From Azolla caroliniana (Eukaryota > Plantae > Polypodiophyta): DNA of 64,000 nt. The notes below the pieces were generated by a model. That model was not told where the DNA came from. It saw only the letters and a program-made list of their open reading frames with translations, and did not search any database. Within the stretch, counting starts at the first letter, position 1; each line of letters opens with the position of its first letter. Below are positions 1-13,864 of the stretch, piece after piece. The position numbers and the translations under genes are program-made. Where the stretch lies: NCBI GenBank assembly GCA_043228905.1, contig JBHGNT010000011.1:5952001-6016000 (forward strand), read 5' to 3'.

Positions 1-2229
1 AAGGTTCTTCTCAGCAGATAATTGTCTACAATGATCACAAGAACTTAACATATTTCCAAAATGCTCGAGTCTTAAGTTGGCGACAAGCCCGTTGGGCGCA
101 GTTTTTGACTCACTTCGACTTCGTAATCATATATCGCCCAAGGATGCAACAAGGAAAAGCGGATGCTCTTTCTCGACGCTCTTATATGGAACTTCATCCA
201 GGAGAACCAGCTTTTGAGCATAAAAAACAAATCCTTTTGGGCCCAAATCGCCTACGAGTTATGGCAGTCAATTCCATAGTCACACCTAGGGATTCCACTC
301 TTCTTGATTCCATTCGAGATCATATGGCTATTGATGTGTTCGCGAAAGAAGTTTTAGATCATATCATCCCGGATCGTGCTTCTTGCTCGAAGTCGCAAAA
401 CCCTCGTACTGACTATAGGCAGTTCTATTGGCATGATGGTTTTCTGTTTCGACAAAACCTTCTGTATGTACCTGATGGTTTTCTGTTTGCAAGTCTTACA
501 ACATTGTCATGATACTCCAATGGTTGGACATTTTGGAGTAGCCAAAACTCTAGAATTAGTTTCTCGGCGATATTAGTGGCCTCGACTTCGTCATTTTGTG
601 GAGGAGTATGTCCAAAGTTGTGATACATGTGGTCGATCAAAGAGTCCTCGACACCAATCATATGGGTTACTACTACCACTTCCAATTCCTGAAAATCCGT
701 GGAAGTCTATATCCTTGGATTTCATTATCGATCTCCCAGTTTCGAGGGGTTTTGATACCATTTTGACAATGGTCAATCGACTTACCAAAATGGCACATTT
801 TTTGCCATGTACAAAGTCTATTACGAGTCAAGAGACAGACGATCTAGTTATGCGAGAGGTAATCAAGCATCATGGTCTCCCAGACGATATTATCAGTGAT
901 CAAGGTCCACAATTCATCTCAAAGTTTTGGAAGCACATGTTAAAACTTCTCCGAGTTTCGGCTAAGCTTTCTTCGGGCTATCATCCAGAGACTAATGGCC
1001 AAACCGAGCGTACCAACCAAACTTTGGAGCAGTATCTTCGTTGTTTCATCAACTATCAACAGGATGATTGGGTTGATTTTCTACTCTTGGCTGAATTCGC
1101 TTATAACAACTCCATCCACTCGTCTACAAGATATTCTCCATTTTTCGCAAATACTGGTTCTTATCGTCGTTGGACAATGATTGAACACCCCGGAGTTCCT
1201 CTCAACCCTGCTGCTGTGGATCATCTCAGTTGTCTCCAAGAAGTTCACGCTACCATTCTCCACAATTTGCGTGATGCCCAAAGTACTTACAAGAGGATTG
1301 CGGACCGTCATCGCCTAGACTCCTCAGAAATGTTTCAGGTCGGGGATCGTGTATGGCTTCTACAACACAACATCAAGACCACTCGGCCTTGTGGTAAATT
1401 AGATTACCAACGGTTCGGCCCGTACGAGATCACTGGTAAGATAAGCGATGTTGCATTTCGTCTTCACCTCCCTCACATGCATCTTCATCCCGTGTTTCAT
1501 GTCTCCCTTCTCGAACCTTACATCACAAGTTTGATTCCGGGCCGTCTTACAACTCCCCCGCCACCGATAGAGTTTTTGGAAGGACCAGAATTTGAGGTTG
1601 CGGCCATTCTCAATTCCAAGATCGTGCGCAACAAGTTGTATTACTTGGTCGATTGGTTAGGCTATACACCCAATGATCGAACTTGGGAACCTGCTGAAAA
1701 TCTTGTCAATGTTGTGGACATGGTCACCGAATTTCATCGACAATATCCTCATAAGCCCGGTCTTAGTTCAACCCATGTGACCCGTGATACGGGTCGTCGA
1801 AGAAGGGGGATAGTGTCATGATGACACTTACATGCAATTTGGGTTTACAAGGAATCGAACCCACAACCTTGTTATATTCGCATCGAGTTCTTGACCATTG
1901 TAATGATATATTTATTTGTAAAAGAATTGATAAACTATATGAAATACTATAGAGTAATCTAGAGTACTCTATGTTCTAGAATGTTCTAGAATATTCTAGA
2001 GTGCTCTTTTGTCTAGGAAATTCTAGAATATTTTAGCATGGTCTTTATTCTAGGAAGTTCTAGAATATTCTAGCATGGTCTTTCTTCTAGGACTTTCTAG
2101 AATATCCTATTAAAACTTATAAATATGCATATTACCATAAGGGATGAACCAATTTGGTTCAACGCCATTCTAGAGCTCCCTTGTTTACTCGTTGTATTCC
2201 ACTCTTCTATTGCAATACATTACCTTTAC

Positions 2230-2278
<49 letters not shown>

Positions 2279-2286
2279 TCTTGACA
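1..2286 (+). mobile_element. 3' part of a Ty3/Gypsy chromovirus (Tcn1-like): RNase H end, integrase, chromodomain, PPT and 3' LTR (1814-2286)
   Basis: RNaseH end (DHKNL, ADALSR); integrase HHCC (HDTPMVGHFG...CDTC) and core (SLDFI, ISDQG, GQTER); GPY; chromodomain (YYLVDWLGY...TWEP) in ORF 598-1821; PPT AGAAGGGGGATAG at 1801-1813; LTR TGTCA...TGACA. Contains frameshift and stop codons. Confidence 0.93.
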
Positions 2287-2289
2287 CAT

Positions 2290-3500
2290 CAGTCTGTCAT
2301 GGGTGCATGCGTGTAAAGCTTGAATATATGTGTGTGCTAAGAATATATCCAGCGACCACGCTAGATAGATTATGCACTAAGACCGTGTGGCTGCGAGGAT
2401 ATCCAGAAACCCCGATCCAGACAAGCACTTCTACCCCTCTCGTTCTTTTCAGGCTCTTTCGTTCAAGACCCTGGCGGTCTTGCCCCGATCTTACACGTAC
2501 ACGCGGATTTCCACGACATATTTAGTGAACCCCACATGAAAGGGAGGTATAGGATTCAGGATGGTGAGAAGGGGCGAACTTGCAGAAGCTATGGCGGCTG
2601 TTGTGGACCGCCTTGTGAACGCTCGTGAAAACTCGTCGCAACTAGATAGCGCCATCGAAATGATAGTTGGCACTGTTGGCCGATGCAATGGCAGGGAGGT
2701 CACCAACTACTTGAAGGCCAAAATGCTTATGCAGGACATACCGGAAGATCGATGGCTGTTCGGATTTCCCCGAGCGGTTACACCGAGCATCTACGCCGAG
2801 GTGCTTGAGGTGCACGCTGACTACCACAATTGGCAGGACTTCGAGGAGCGACTACTTGAAAAATATGGACTCGAGAACTTGCTCTAGTTGTCGAAGAAGG
2901 AGCTAATGGAATGGGTTGAGTTCCCCAGCAAGGGACATAACACGTTCGTACTCCTCCAGGAGTTGGAGAAGTAGTTTGCGTGGTTGTTGGCGTTGGACTA
3001 GACAGTGCTCGACACCAACAAGGTCCTCCTTTTCATCAAGTCGATCGATCCGCTTGATCGAGAGAAGGTTGGTCGCCTATTGGAAAAGGACAAAGGGCGC
3101 ACAATCGACTGGGCCATTGTGAAGTGGGTCACTGGCCGGTTCGATAAACGACCGGAGTGGAACGATGAAGGGTCATCGTCGACTGGCTTAGTCACAAGAA
3201 GGACAATAGAGGAGGTTCCGACTCAGTTGAACGAAATGAAAGACAACTCAAGTCGGGCCCATGTCTAGGTAATGTGGTTAATGGTTCGTCCGGAGATGCC
3301 ACATTGGATGAGTTGACGAAGATGGTGCGCGATCTCCAGATCGCTCAGGCCCGGAGGGAAGGTGGGGGTCCATTGGGCGACTGGCATTCACCCAACAACC
3401 TTAGGTGGAGAGACTGTGGTGACTTCGCCGAGGCGCTAAGGAACAATGTGGTGTACCTATGGAACGACTATCCGGGAGGGAACCAAGTAGGAGTAATGTG
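2290..3500 (+). mobile_element. Decayed non-chromovirus Gypsy (Phygy-like) fragment: LTR 3' end, degenerate PBS, gag
   Basis: LTR-like end CCACGACA at 2518; degenerate PBS TAGTGAACCCCACATGAA resembling the Trp PBS at 28754; gag ORF pieces 2561-3501 are similar to gag at 28812-29927 (AVDRxV, GRxxTxxL, DRxxxGxLLE). Confidence 0.75.
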
Positions 3501-3506
3501 AGTACC

Positions 3507-5319
3507 TCATCGGCGAGAGGTACTTCCAACGAGGTTGCTTGGTGTATCAATCCTTGGAAGGCATTCATGTGCTCCGCCATACCGGAGCCTCACTAGCTTT
3601 CGAAATACTAAAACCCGATTAACAACATTCTTGTTCTGGAACATGATGCCGATCTTCTCCCAGAGTTCATGAGCCTTGCTCTCTTCATTGAAGTTGTTGT
3701 ACATGCTCATGTCGATGAAGCACCGGATGTATGTCGTCGTCTTCATGTGCATCACCTTCCACACTATGGCGTCGATCTTATCCGGTCTCTTGTCCCCGAA
3801 CTAAACTGGCAACCAAAGATCTTTAACAACCAGCATATCCCTAATCTTCGACTTCCACACCGAGTAGTTGGAGCCGATGAGCTTGAACATGCCGCCGAAC
3901 AATTCTTCCATTTCCTGTGTTGTTCGCTCTGATACCAGATTGAAAGAAAAGTGTGGAATACTACTCAGCCACAACCGAGTAATGAATTACTTCTATGAGA
4001 ATGAAACACAGAAATGGGAAATAGAGAGTGAATGCACGTACACACACACAACGATAGAGAGTACACAGGATGTTTACGTTGTCGTGCCTTTCGGCGCCAG
4101 ATCGTTTGCGTGAGTCGAGTGGGAACCACTAGGGTTATGGACTAGGAAGAGGAAGAATTTGAGGCGATTTTAATTATGTATAGATTATTAGAAGCTTGTG
4201 AATCCCACAAGTAGAGTTGTTTTAGTTTGTCTTAATCATAGTAATAAGTTGAAATAGTTTAGAATAGTTTAGAGTAGAAATAGAAAAGAGATCAAACCTT
4301 GTGAATCCCACAAGTATTACGTTAATCAATATTTATGTAAGAATATGAATTTAGATTGAAAGAGATAGATTATATAAAACTTCGTGAATCCCACGATTCT
4401 ATTTTATTATTGGTATTTTAGGAAATATATCCAATTTCCCAAATATTTCACACCTATTACATTGTGCTCCCCATCCTTATGTAGTGATGAGGGAGTCTTA
4501 GGAATCCATGCTTTTTTTTCTCTAACTATAGACTCCATGCTTTTCCTATAGATAGACTATATGCTTTATCTAAAGTGATTATGCTTTTTCTAACTTGTGC
4601 GTTTTTTATCAACTATAGCGTTCATGCACGTTAGATGTGCATGCGTAGCTTTTTCTTTTAACTAAAGTTTATCCTACGTGAACTTACCTTTTTTATGTGG
4701 GACATCTACTTTTTAACATGAGTGAAATGCTAGTGTAATGGTAAGACATTACATTATTAACATGGAGGTGCAAGGTTCGAATCTTGCCCTATGCATATTA
4801 TATATATTTTAATATTTTCTACTATTTATTCATATTTATTAAATCGGTACTTTATAAGTTTTTCACGTAGTGTACAAAATACACTACGACAACGTGGAAA
4901 ACCCTGAATGGGAAAAACCACGGGAGCCCACAGACTCCAACTATCACTATGAAGAAAAGGGTACAATCAAAGACTCAAAGGCAACGACCTCGAGCTCTGT
5001 ATCTTCGCCAAGTGGCGGTTACAACAGAGTATCGCTTTGCATCTATCTCTCTCTCTCTCTCTATACAACAATTATGCATATACAACAATATGACAACCAC
5101 ATCATAAGTGATTGCCCTAAGTCATATTTATACTTATATGAACTTAGGGCTATTTACAAATATAGCCTCAATAGGCTTACTTAATACATATTTACAAATA
5201 TGTCTTCTCTTCTGGTTCTCATCGGGTTCATTCGATCCAGTTTTCAGATCTGTTCCAGTTCTCACCAAGTCCTCTTCATTCATAACTAGATCCCATCTAG
5301 AGGGACCGATTTCCCAACA
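3507..5319 (-). mobile_element. Ty1/Copia 5' fragment: LTR (3941-5319, interrupted by a solo LTR), Met-i PBS, gag N-terminus
   Basis: On the minus strand the LTR runs TGTTGGGAA...CTTTCA; PBS TGGTATCAGAGC at 3926-3937; gag ORF 3507-3764 (KTTTYIRCFID...ELWEKI). Confidence 0.85.
4080..4891 (-). mobile_element. Solo LTR (TGTCGT...ACGACA termini) inserted in the Copia LTR with a 4-bp TSD ACGT
   Basis: ACGT at 4076-4079 and 4892-4895; removing the insert restores TGTTTACGTGGAAAAC, as in sister Copia LTRs (e.g. reverse complement at 38075-38090). Termini match those of the Gypsy LTR at 27621-28745. Confidence 0.85.
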
Positions 5320-6746
5320 TAGATCGTTTTACCAAGATGACACATTTTCTTCCTTGCACAAAGGATATTACGAGCCAAGAGACAGCCGAGTTACTCATGC
5401 GAGAGGTGTTTCGGCATCATGGTCTTCCCGATGATATTATCAATCATTGGGTTCCCCAGTTCATCTCAAAATTTTGGCGGCACATGTTCAAACTCTGACA
5501 TACTTCTTGCAAACTCTCTTCCGGCTAACATCCAGAAACTAACGTGCAGAGTGAGCGCACCAATCAAACAATAGAACAATATCTTCGTTTTTTTGTCAAC
5601 TATCAACAAGATGATTGGGTTGATCTATTAGAGTTGGCAGATTTTGCTTACAACAACTCAGAACATTCTTCTACTGGATATTCCCCATTTTTTGCAAACA
5701 TTGGGTACCATCCTCGTTGGACTATGCTTGACCATCCCAAACTCCCAACAAACCCAGTTGCTGAAGATCGGCTCACTCGTCTCCAAGAAGTTCAAGATAT
5801 CCTTTTGCACCATTTATGTGATGCTCAAAACACTTAAAAGAAGGTTGCCAACTGTTATCAACGTGATTCATCGATTATGTTTCAAGTGGGAGATCGAGTT
5901 TGGCTTTTACAAGGTCGCATTATAAACAACTCGACCTTGCTGCAAATTGGATTATCAACGTTTTGGCCCATATGTGATATCTGGTAAGATCAATGATGTG
6001 GCATTTTCGCCTTGATCTTCCCCTTCATATGCATTTTCACCCGGTTTCCATGTTTCACTTTTGGAGCCGTACACAACCAGCTCTATTCCAGGCCATCTTA
6101 CATCTCCCCCACCTCCAATCGAAGTTTCAGATGGCTCTAAATATAAAGTTGTTGCCATTCTTGACTCCAAGATCGTTCGCAACAAACTGTATTATTTGGT
6201 TGAATGGTTGGGTTATACACCTAATAATCGAACATGGGAATCTCTCAAGAATCTTGTTAATGCCTTTGAAATGCTTGCTATGTTTCACAACAAATATCCC
6301 CATAAGCCAAGTCTGAAATCTTGTCTTCCGACTTGTGGAACTCGTCGTTGAAAAAGGGGGATAATGTCATGAAAACATACATTTTGGCTTTACAAGGATT
6401 CAAGCCCAAGACGTCTGGGTCTATAGGTTAGACCTTTAACCATCATAATAACATATATGATGTATTGTTATAATAAATATATTATTAGTTATTACAATAT
6501 ATTTAGAGTATTCTAGAACATTCTAGGATATTTCATGATTATACTAAATATCATAAATATCTAAAATATTCTAGAATACTCCATAAGGACCTATAAATAG
6601 GTATTCATCACAACTCATTCGGTTCAACACTAGTCTTTAGCCCTTAGCCTACTCTTTGTCACCTTGTTTCCTCATAATATAATCTCATTTCCATTTCTTG
6701 TCTTCTCTCTCTCTCTCTCTCTCTCTCCAACTCACGAGTCTCGACA
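5320..6746 (+). mobile_element. Second decayed Tcn1-like chromovirus 3' fragment: integrase, chromodomain, PPT, LTR (6365-6746)
   Basis: ORF pieces (QSERTNQTIEQYLR; KLYYLVEWLGYTPNNRTWE) are paralogous to 598-1821; PPT AAAAAGGGGGATAA; LTR TGTCA...TCGACA. Confidence 0.88.
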
Positions 6747-7297
6747 TTGAACTAGTAGAATTTTATGTTAGTGTCATATTTTCTTCATATTCTTGAATAT
6801 AAGCTTTATGAGTTTTCGAACGTTTGATTATAATTTATAATGACATATTTTGATTCAATCTCTATAGTTCATGCTCATTTTTTTGTAAAGTTATAAAGTG
6901 AGGAGGATAGAGATGTCTTGAGTCTTAAGACGCATTCCAAAGGTATGCATGTAATACAATGCAAATATTGCAACCATACTTCCGTTGGTGGTCCACAACG
7001 GATTTAGAGTCCACTTATTGGGATTGAGAGTGAATCAATATATAATATAGACCATAGTCAATCCCAATCCAACTTTGAGATGATTTACCATACACGTTTG
7101 ATTGAATCATTCTCGAATGCGAATGCACATAATGATACGTATGGTTCATTCTATAGCATACATACATATGTTGTACATATGATGTACATACATACATAGC
7201 ATGTATACATACATACATACATACATACACCGTGTGTTCCTCTATTCCTCTGTCTCTGTCTCTGTCTCTGTCTCTGTCTCTGTCAAGATTCTCAGCT

Positions 7298-10200
7298 ATG
7301 GATGGCACCAGGATGGGAAGCAGATCCTCAACTCGACATGGTCCAGCTTCAGTGTTCAGCGGGCCCGTGAAGAGATGGAAGAAGACATGGTCACCTGTTG
7401 CGTCTTCTTCTTCTAACCCCCCTGCTACCGTTCCTTCCAGACTCCTCCTCTATAAATGGGTCCCTCTCACACCAGGTAATGAATTTAGCCCGATTCTCTC
7501 GAAACAGCCTGTTCCTTTCCGCCTCTCTTGCTTTCTTTGAATTGACTCTTGTTTCTGTGAATCTGTAGTGAAGTAATATGGGATTTGTTTGTATGCTAGT
7601 TCTTTGGTTATATTACGAGAGGGATCAATAGATAGACTGGATTTACTATCGTCTTCTGTTGTTTGGTATGACCTGTTATACAAAAACTGGCTTCAATTGG
7701 CATACAGAAGTGGCCCCAGTAGGTGTAACGAAAGTGCATTGCATGGATGCTACCAGAATAAAGGTCAAATAAAAGGAAACAGGGGCCTACTAAGTGGTAC
7801 TAGTGATGGAGGATGGATCAATCGCCTTGATACATGATCGGCTTACCGTTTGTGCACACCATTGTTCTCTTCTCGAGTTTTGCTTCATTTTATTGAGTTG
7901 TCATGGTGCAAGCCCATTGATGATCCCAAATTTTGTGCCATTTGAGGTTTAGTGAAGCCAGTTGCTACGCTCTTTCTCTTGAAGCCTGAGGATGATGTAG
8001 TCACTGCTTCAGTTTTGTCATGGTAAATTGTCAGGTGGAAGGTTATGGTTTCATCAAAGTTGCACTTGTTCCATTCTGGAGGTAGTTCCCCAATGTAGAC
8101 CTTAAGAGCATTTCATTCTTGCTGACATTTATGATGCTACCTTCATCCCGAATCCTCAGCAGAGAGAAAGAAAGACAGAAATAAAGAAAGGCATGTTAAT
8201 GTCTCATAAGAGGCAACAATATCCAGTAAGACAGAACGAGATAGTGCATCTTAAAATCTTGCCTCATCTTGGAGAACAACAAATCAAAATAAATATTATG
8301 AACTAGCAGCATTTTCTAAGGGGCCAGATAAGGCTGTTATCTAAGCACTTAACATTCTGAAGTTTGGATGAATTGAAACTTGTCTTTAGATGATCTCCGA
8401 CATGGGCTTATCCATGGTGGAGATGTCTTGAAAGCCAAGCAAACACCTTGAGTTGAACAACAATGGCCTTGATTAGTCAATAACAAGGGTGACAGGGCTG
8501 TAGCCTAAATGCATGGAAAATTGCTATTGCCTGGTCTATTGTAACCCCTTTCAAAATGTTATGGTCAAGGCCCTACTTGTGTAGCCCTTAGTTGATTTAT
8601 AGCATGCCATGTGATTGAGTCAAAGGAAGTTGTGATGGCTCTTTGTAGATGAGTTTTTTGAGTTTTTGTTGTTGTCTCATTGTTATTAAACAAATTCTCT
8701 TCCTCTCTTGATTTCTAACTAGAACAGTCCCAAACATTGTTTGTCTAGGACCTTGTGGAATGGGCCAAAACCTTGTTGAGAACCTGCATCTTCTCCCTTA
8801 TTTCATAAAAATCAGTACAATGACAAACGTAGTGCTCCTCCTATTTTAATCTTGTTAGCACAATCGATAGATCCATCTAACTGATGTGAAGAGTTCTTTG
8901 GTTTTTGTGTTATACTATGGACTGCATGAGATAGGTATGTATCCATGTAAGAGGACATGATAAATCTACCTGGAGACGTGTGTAAAAGAGGGCCTTATAG
9001 TGGGCTGTCTTCATACTGAAAGACATTGTGGGGCTGATCCATGTTCTCTCATGATCCCAATGTTAATTATATTAGTTTGGATTAATCTATGCTTTTCCAT
9101 TTTCATCATGTCCAAGTGTGGAAAATCCAAGCTTTATTGTAATAGGTACATAGTATTCATATTTATTTTGAAATGGATGTTATCATCTCTCCAACCTCCA
9201 TTCCTCACGTGATTGGAACTGTTCTTGCATTCTAGCATACCAATAATGGTTATCTCCATGTTCTGCCAGAGATTTTGATGACATGTGCCCAGATTATATC
9301 ATGAGCACTACTTTGAGGCCATGTTTTCTTGCTCTAAATTTGAGTCCTTTAAATATATTGTCATTCATAGGTGGGTGTGTGGATGGGTGTTTGTAAAGCA
9401 TGTCTTAGAACCTCTTAATAAACATCCAAATAGGGTAAAACAATTTTTGCCGAACCGTGAACATAGGTGTTGGTTTTTTGTGCAAAAAGGGTAATGAAGA
9501 AAATTTTCTTGTATGATAGATAGATTGTATTATTGTTTTCGAAGGTCAAATATGACCTATGAGACCAAACATATTACATTTTCATGCACATATGAAAGTG
9601 AGGAGCGACTCTCGATGTTCAAAAACTTTACTGATGAATGTTGCAATTGAGAGTGCACATTGTGACAATGAGAGAAATTTCTGCAAGGATGGGGTTTGGT
9701 TGAAGATGTGTGGAAAGCATAGTTGAATATGATCAAAGATAGAGCATTGTATCAAAGTGTGATACTCAGACTCTTGAGCTTGTTTTGGGCAAAGTGTGCA
9801 TAGTTGGCTACTCTCATCAGTAATGCCCCAATGACTTTTCTCCCATCGTAGTATGAACTAAGTCACATGGAAACAATGGTTCGGATGGTTGACAACGGAA
9901 TGGGCTCTAACATGTATCAATGTGTGCGGTTTCCCCGTTTGGCAAAGAATATGGTTTTGTAGTTGGGTGCAACATATGCAATATAATGTGTAAAGTGTGA
10001 GCCTCCACATTTCTACGATGTCATGATACATTGACATTCCAAAAAGGTCTCATCTATAGAGAAATCTAGTGATGCATCATGAAGCAAGTGTGTTCCATCC
10101 CATCTTCCCAACCATTTTTCTATATTTGGTATCTAACCGAAACACAAAATTTGCTTTTACGTGTCTTTTGGATCTTTTTGCGTGCTTCCCATTCGATCCT

Positions 10201-12557
10201 AGGAAGTCAATGTGAGGGACTTTTTTTTGAACCTTAAGCATGTAAACATGTATTTGACAACACTTTCCATGGTCGTGATCTCAATGGGAAATGATTCCAT
10301 CTCAAGGAGTAGGAGGTGGGGTGTATGGTGTTTGTTTCTTGACTTGGAGAAACTATCCAAGAAAATGCTTTTGGACATTTTCAAACTCTTTCCAAGTGGA
10401 CTCAAGGATGCTACTGCCCCATCACACCATAGGGAAGCACTGGTGTCACCAAAGTGTAGAGAAGGTATTTCTTGAGGACCCAATACTTAATTTCTATATG
10501 ACTCTTTTTCTAATGCGTAATATGCTCTCTTTAAAGATGGCTCTTAACCACTTGTAGAACTCGATTTGAAAAAATCTATGTATATCAATCAGACATAAAC
10601 GTAAATTAACTCGTGGAGGCTTAAGTAGAAGTACTAACAAGGGAACTACATGTGAAACTCGGGTTTTCGCATCCATGTGTAATGTCAATGTACTAGGTTA
10701 GGATAGGCATTATCTTTTCTTGAGAGATCCTATGCAATAGTCAACCAAAAGAACCGTGCACCAGCAGATGATGATTAGAACTGCAGACCTCCTTAAGTAA
10801 GACTTATCACCTAAAAGTGTTAAGATCATGAATAATTGAATCATGGTATATAGTTTTTAGGTTATGTTACACGTGGAGCATGGATTATGGTTTAGACTCT
10901 AGGAAAGTTGGATTATGGATATTTTATTTAGTGAATCTAGAGTAATGTTATGGATATTGTGATTTTGAGAATCAAGATTAGGATTGGCACTTCTGGTTTA
11001 ATTATAATGTTGATTATGCATAATGATGATGAGTTCTAGTTCGGAGGAATCGGATTATTGATCCTAATTTAGGAAAATTAGATTGTTTCATGGTCTATTA
11101 AGCTGTTTAGCTTACAATCAGAAGGCATGGGAAAATTATCTGAATGCTTTATTTCTGGGTAATTGGAATTGGATTATGGATCCTGGTTTAGGAAAATTAG
11201 ATTACGTCCCATGGTCTATTAAGATGGCTGGCCCACAGTTGGAAGTGATGGGAAAATGATCTGAATGTGTTATTTGTGGGTAATCTAACATGGAGATATG
11301 CTTTTGAAAAAATACGTTGTCTATCTGCAGGCAAGGAGGAAATTCCAGAGGAGACACCCGTACGGAGTTCCCAATACATACCTGTGCGTACTTGTTCGAG
11401 GGTTCTCGATTACAGTTAATGCTTTGCTTTTTAATGGGATTATCACAAAAGATAGTGGAGCTTGATCATACTTAGTGGGATTTTATAAGTATTTGCGATT
11501 CTTCATAATTTATTTCCGCATGTTGTTTCCTTGGTTCCTTCTTCAGGTGTCAATAGTTCTGGCACAGAGGAAAGAAGCCTCTCGAAAGGCTGAAGAGGAA
11601 ACTGAAGGTGGTACCCGGCAAAGTGGTGATGAAACAGGAGATGTCACACCTCATGTCGAATCCTCGGATCATCCAATGGAGTCTGCAGATGTGATAGTCC
11701 TCTTGTTGCTTTTTATTATTGTTGCATGAAAACAGAACTTATCCAAATTACAAGGACATTGAGAAAGTCATAAACACAATGGGCCTAACTGCATTATTCA
11801 GGGTTTTAATTAAGACTATGGTTGAGTTTCTGGATATTATGTATGTACATAGAGGGTATCTCCCCCCTTCTGTACTTCTACTTCATACATCATGCACTCT
11901 CTCTATTTTATGTGTCTCCTCTATATGGGTTGTATTTTGCACATCCAAACTATAGACACTTTCCATTTAGACTCATATGTGTAATTCTTTAATGATCATC
12001 CCAATTTTGCACATTCTAACTGTTGAGTTAGCGTTGCAGACATGTATGCATAATGTTGTAATATGCCTACTCAAAGCCCGTCTCAACTTCATGTGCAATT
12101 TGATGCTTATAACTTTTTTTCAATATTTTGCATGTTCTTTTTTGTCATAGAGATTTATGTAGATCACATTATTCTGATATCAGTGATGGTGTGAGACCAG
12201 GAGCAAGCACCGGTTGAAGGGACCAATGTGACCAATGCAAGCCATTCATCGGCATCAGATGTGCCTGTTGAGGTTGAAATGAAGGTAAAACACATACAAT
12301 ATTTTAATAAAGAGATGCCTTCAATCTCCCATATAAGCATGATTTGGTACTTGTAAAAACTAGACCCTACCTGTATGTGTTTGTTGTATGCATTTGATGT
12401 TTGGAAAGCTTTGGTTTTGTGATTTCTTTCTTCTTTATTGTTAATACAGGATGAAGTTGAAAATCGGAAATCATCCGGTGAACCATCAACCAAGGTGGAT
12501 GGGGAAGAGACTCAGGTGCCATCTGAGTCTAGTGCTGGAAGTGAAGGGGAAGGCTGA
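7298..12557 (+). CDS. BCL7: BCL7-like (plant BDH) SWI/SNF subunit; predicted exons 7298-7475, 11331-11383, 11547-11690, 12201-12284, 12450-12557 (~188 aa)
   Basis: N-terminus MDGTRMGSRSSTRHGPASVFSGPVKRWKKTW...LLLYKWVPLT and exon-2 EETPVRSSQYIP match my recollection of the plant BCL7/BDH motif; all introns GT-AG and in phase; acidic low-complexity C-terminus ends at TGA 12555-12557. The exon-4 acceptor is weak, so that exon is less certain. Confidence 0.85.
9620..10720 (-). mobile_element. 5'-truncated, decayed LINE (RTE/RTEX-like ORF2 C-terminus) in intron 1 of the BCL7-like gene
   Basis: Minus-strand translation near 9740-9810 gives CTLCPKQAQESEYHTLIQC (CX2CX8HX4C knuckle typical of LINE ORF2 ends); upstream fragment LLLEMESFPIEITTMESVVKY resembles the post-RT region; many stops. 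Boundaries approximate. Confidence 0.6.
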
Positions 12558-13830
12558 TGATGATGATGATGATGATGATGATGCCATCTGTACACAAGGC
12601 AGAAATATTTTTGCTAGGTAGACAGGATCAGTCATTTCTATTGCTTGAAACCCTGGGTGGGTTACATGTTCCACTGTACTTCATATAGGAGGGTTTTAAA
12701 ACGTACAAACCTACCGACAAATATATGTTAATGCTAATATGTTAAAGCTGTTTTGGTTAAAGTGGAAAAACCTAATGTTTCTCTTAACATATCATCTAAC
12801 CCATTTCATTAACAACTAATATTACACAACTGTTATATCTGTTGTTGTTTAGTTAAAAGTTAAAACATTGTGATGACCACAATGCGGTCTGTGCAAAGTC
12901 TTATCCCATTGCTCTTGACATTGACCTCATGATGTGTTATATTTTTCTAGGAATAGAACGGTAATGTGAAATGATGAAAATAAATCGGTAATGGTGTGAG
13001 AATTTAGGGCAAGGTGGAGAGGTGTCTTTTATATTGTGAGAGGTATATGTGGACTAGGCTATTCCAATGGAGAGTGATTGCTATTCTTTGCATGCTAGGC
13101 TTTGAATTGTTGACCTGTGGCTTATAATGCAAGGGCATAAGCCTCAGTTTAAATGAATGTTGGCAATTGGGGATGAATTTGAATGTGGGTTTTGTCTGTA
13201 CAAGATGTAAATCTGAACTTGGTGTATAGTAAACCTTCCATTCCTCTGGTTTTGGTTCTGGAGGGTGGGGGGGAAGTAAGGGTTATAGTAATGAGTTACT
13301 TGGATTCCAAAGGATATTAGAGCAATTGCTGATACTGGTGAGGGTTGTATTAATGAGAGTTAAAATAAGCCATGCATGCTAGTAGGAGCAAGCTCTTGGT
13401 AAGCATGATCTCGAACTGAAATTGCAAAGGGTGAAGTTTTATGATGGAACTCAAAATGTGAAGAAGCACATTGCTCGAGGGCTTGAACCTGCAATCTGAG
13501 GGTTGCAGAAGCACACAAGCAAGAGATAGCAGCACTACAGGGGGATTGAATTACCTTGGGATGAGATCTGGAGACTTGTTAAAAGTAGGAGTGATTGCGG
13601 GAAAAGCTGTAGCATGTATGCTATGGGATTGAAGCTAATCAAGTTTAGTGGTTACTAGGGATGTCCGAACTATCGCATTCGGCCATGTGCTCTCGCTAAA
13701 TTTTCCGAACTATTTTTGCTTTTCTGAGCCCCACCCTTGCCTGCCCTCTATTGTCTTCTGCTCCATGTCTTTGGTTCAAACCCTAAATTTCTCACCTCTT
13801 TATTAATTCATACATATCTCTTGGCATCTG

Positions 13831-13864
<34 letters not shown>

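Noticed and set aside
4725-4800. Functional tRNA gene (also the similar segments at 1841, 28200, 44803, 60835)
   Set aside because: A/B boxes and a T-arm are present, but I cannot fold a convincing acceptor and anticodon stem, and all copies lie inside LTRs; reported as a finding instead.
7015-7416. ORFs with RDRDRD / SVSVSV / LSLSLS runs (also 2125, 13808, 37803, 61117)
   Set aside because: Translations of (CT)n, (CTGTCT)n and (TACA)n microsatellites.
12950-13650. Possible coding or LINE remnant between the two host genes (similarly 8150-9200 and 58300-58690)
   Set aside because: Coding-like composition in places but no motif I can identify with confidence.
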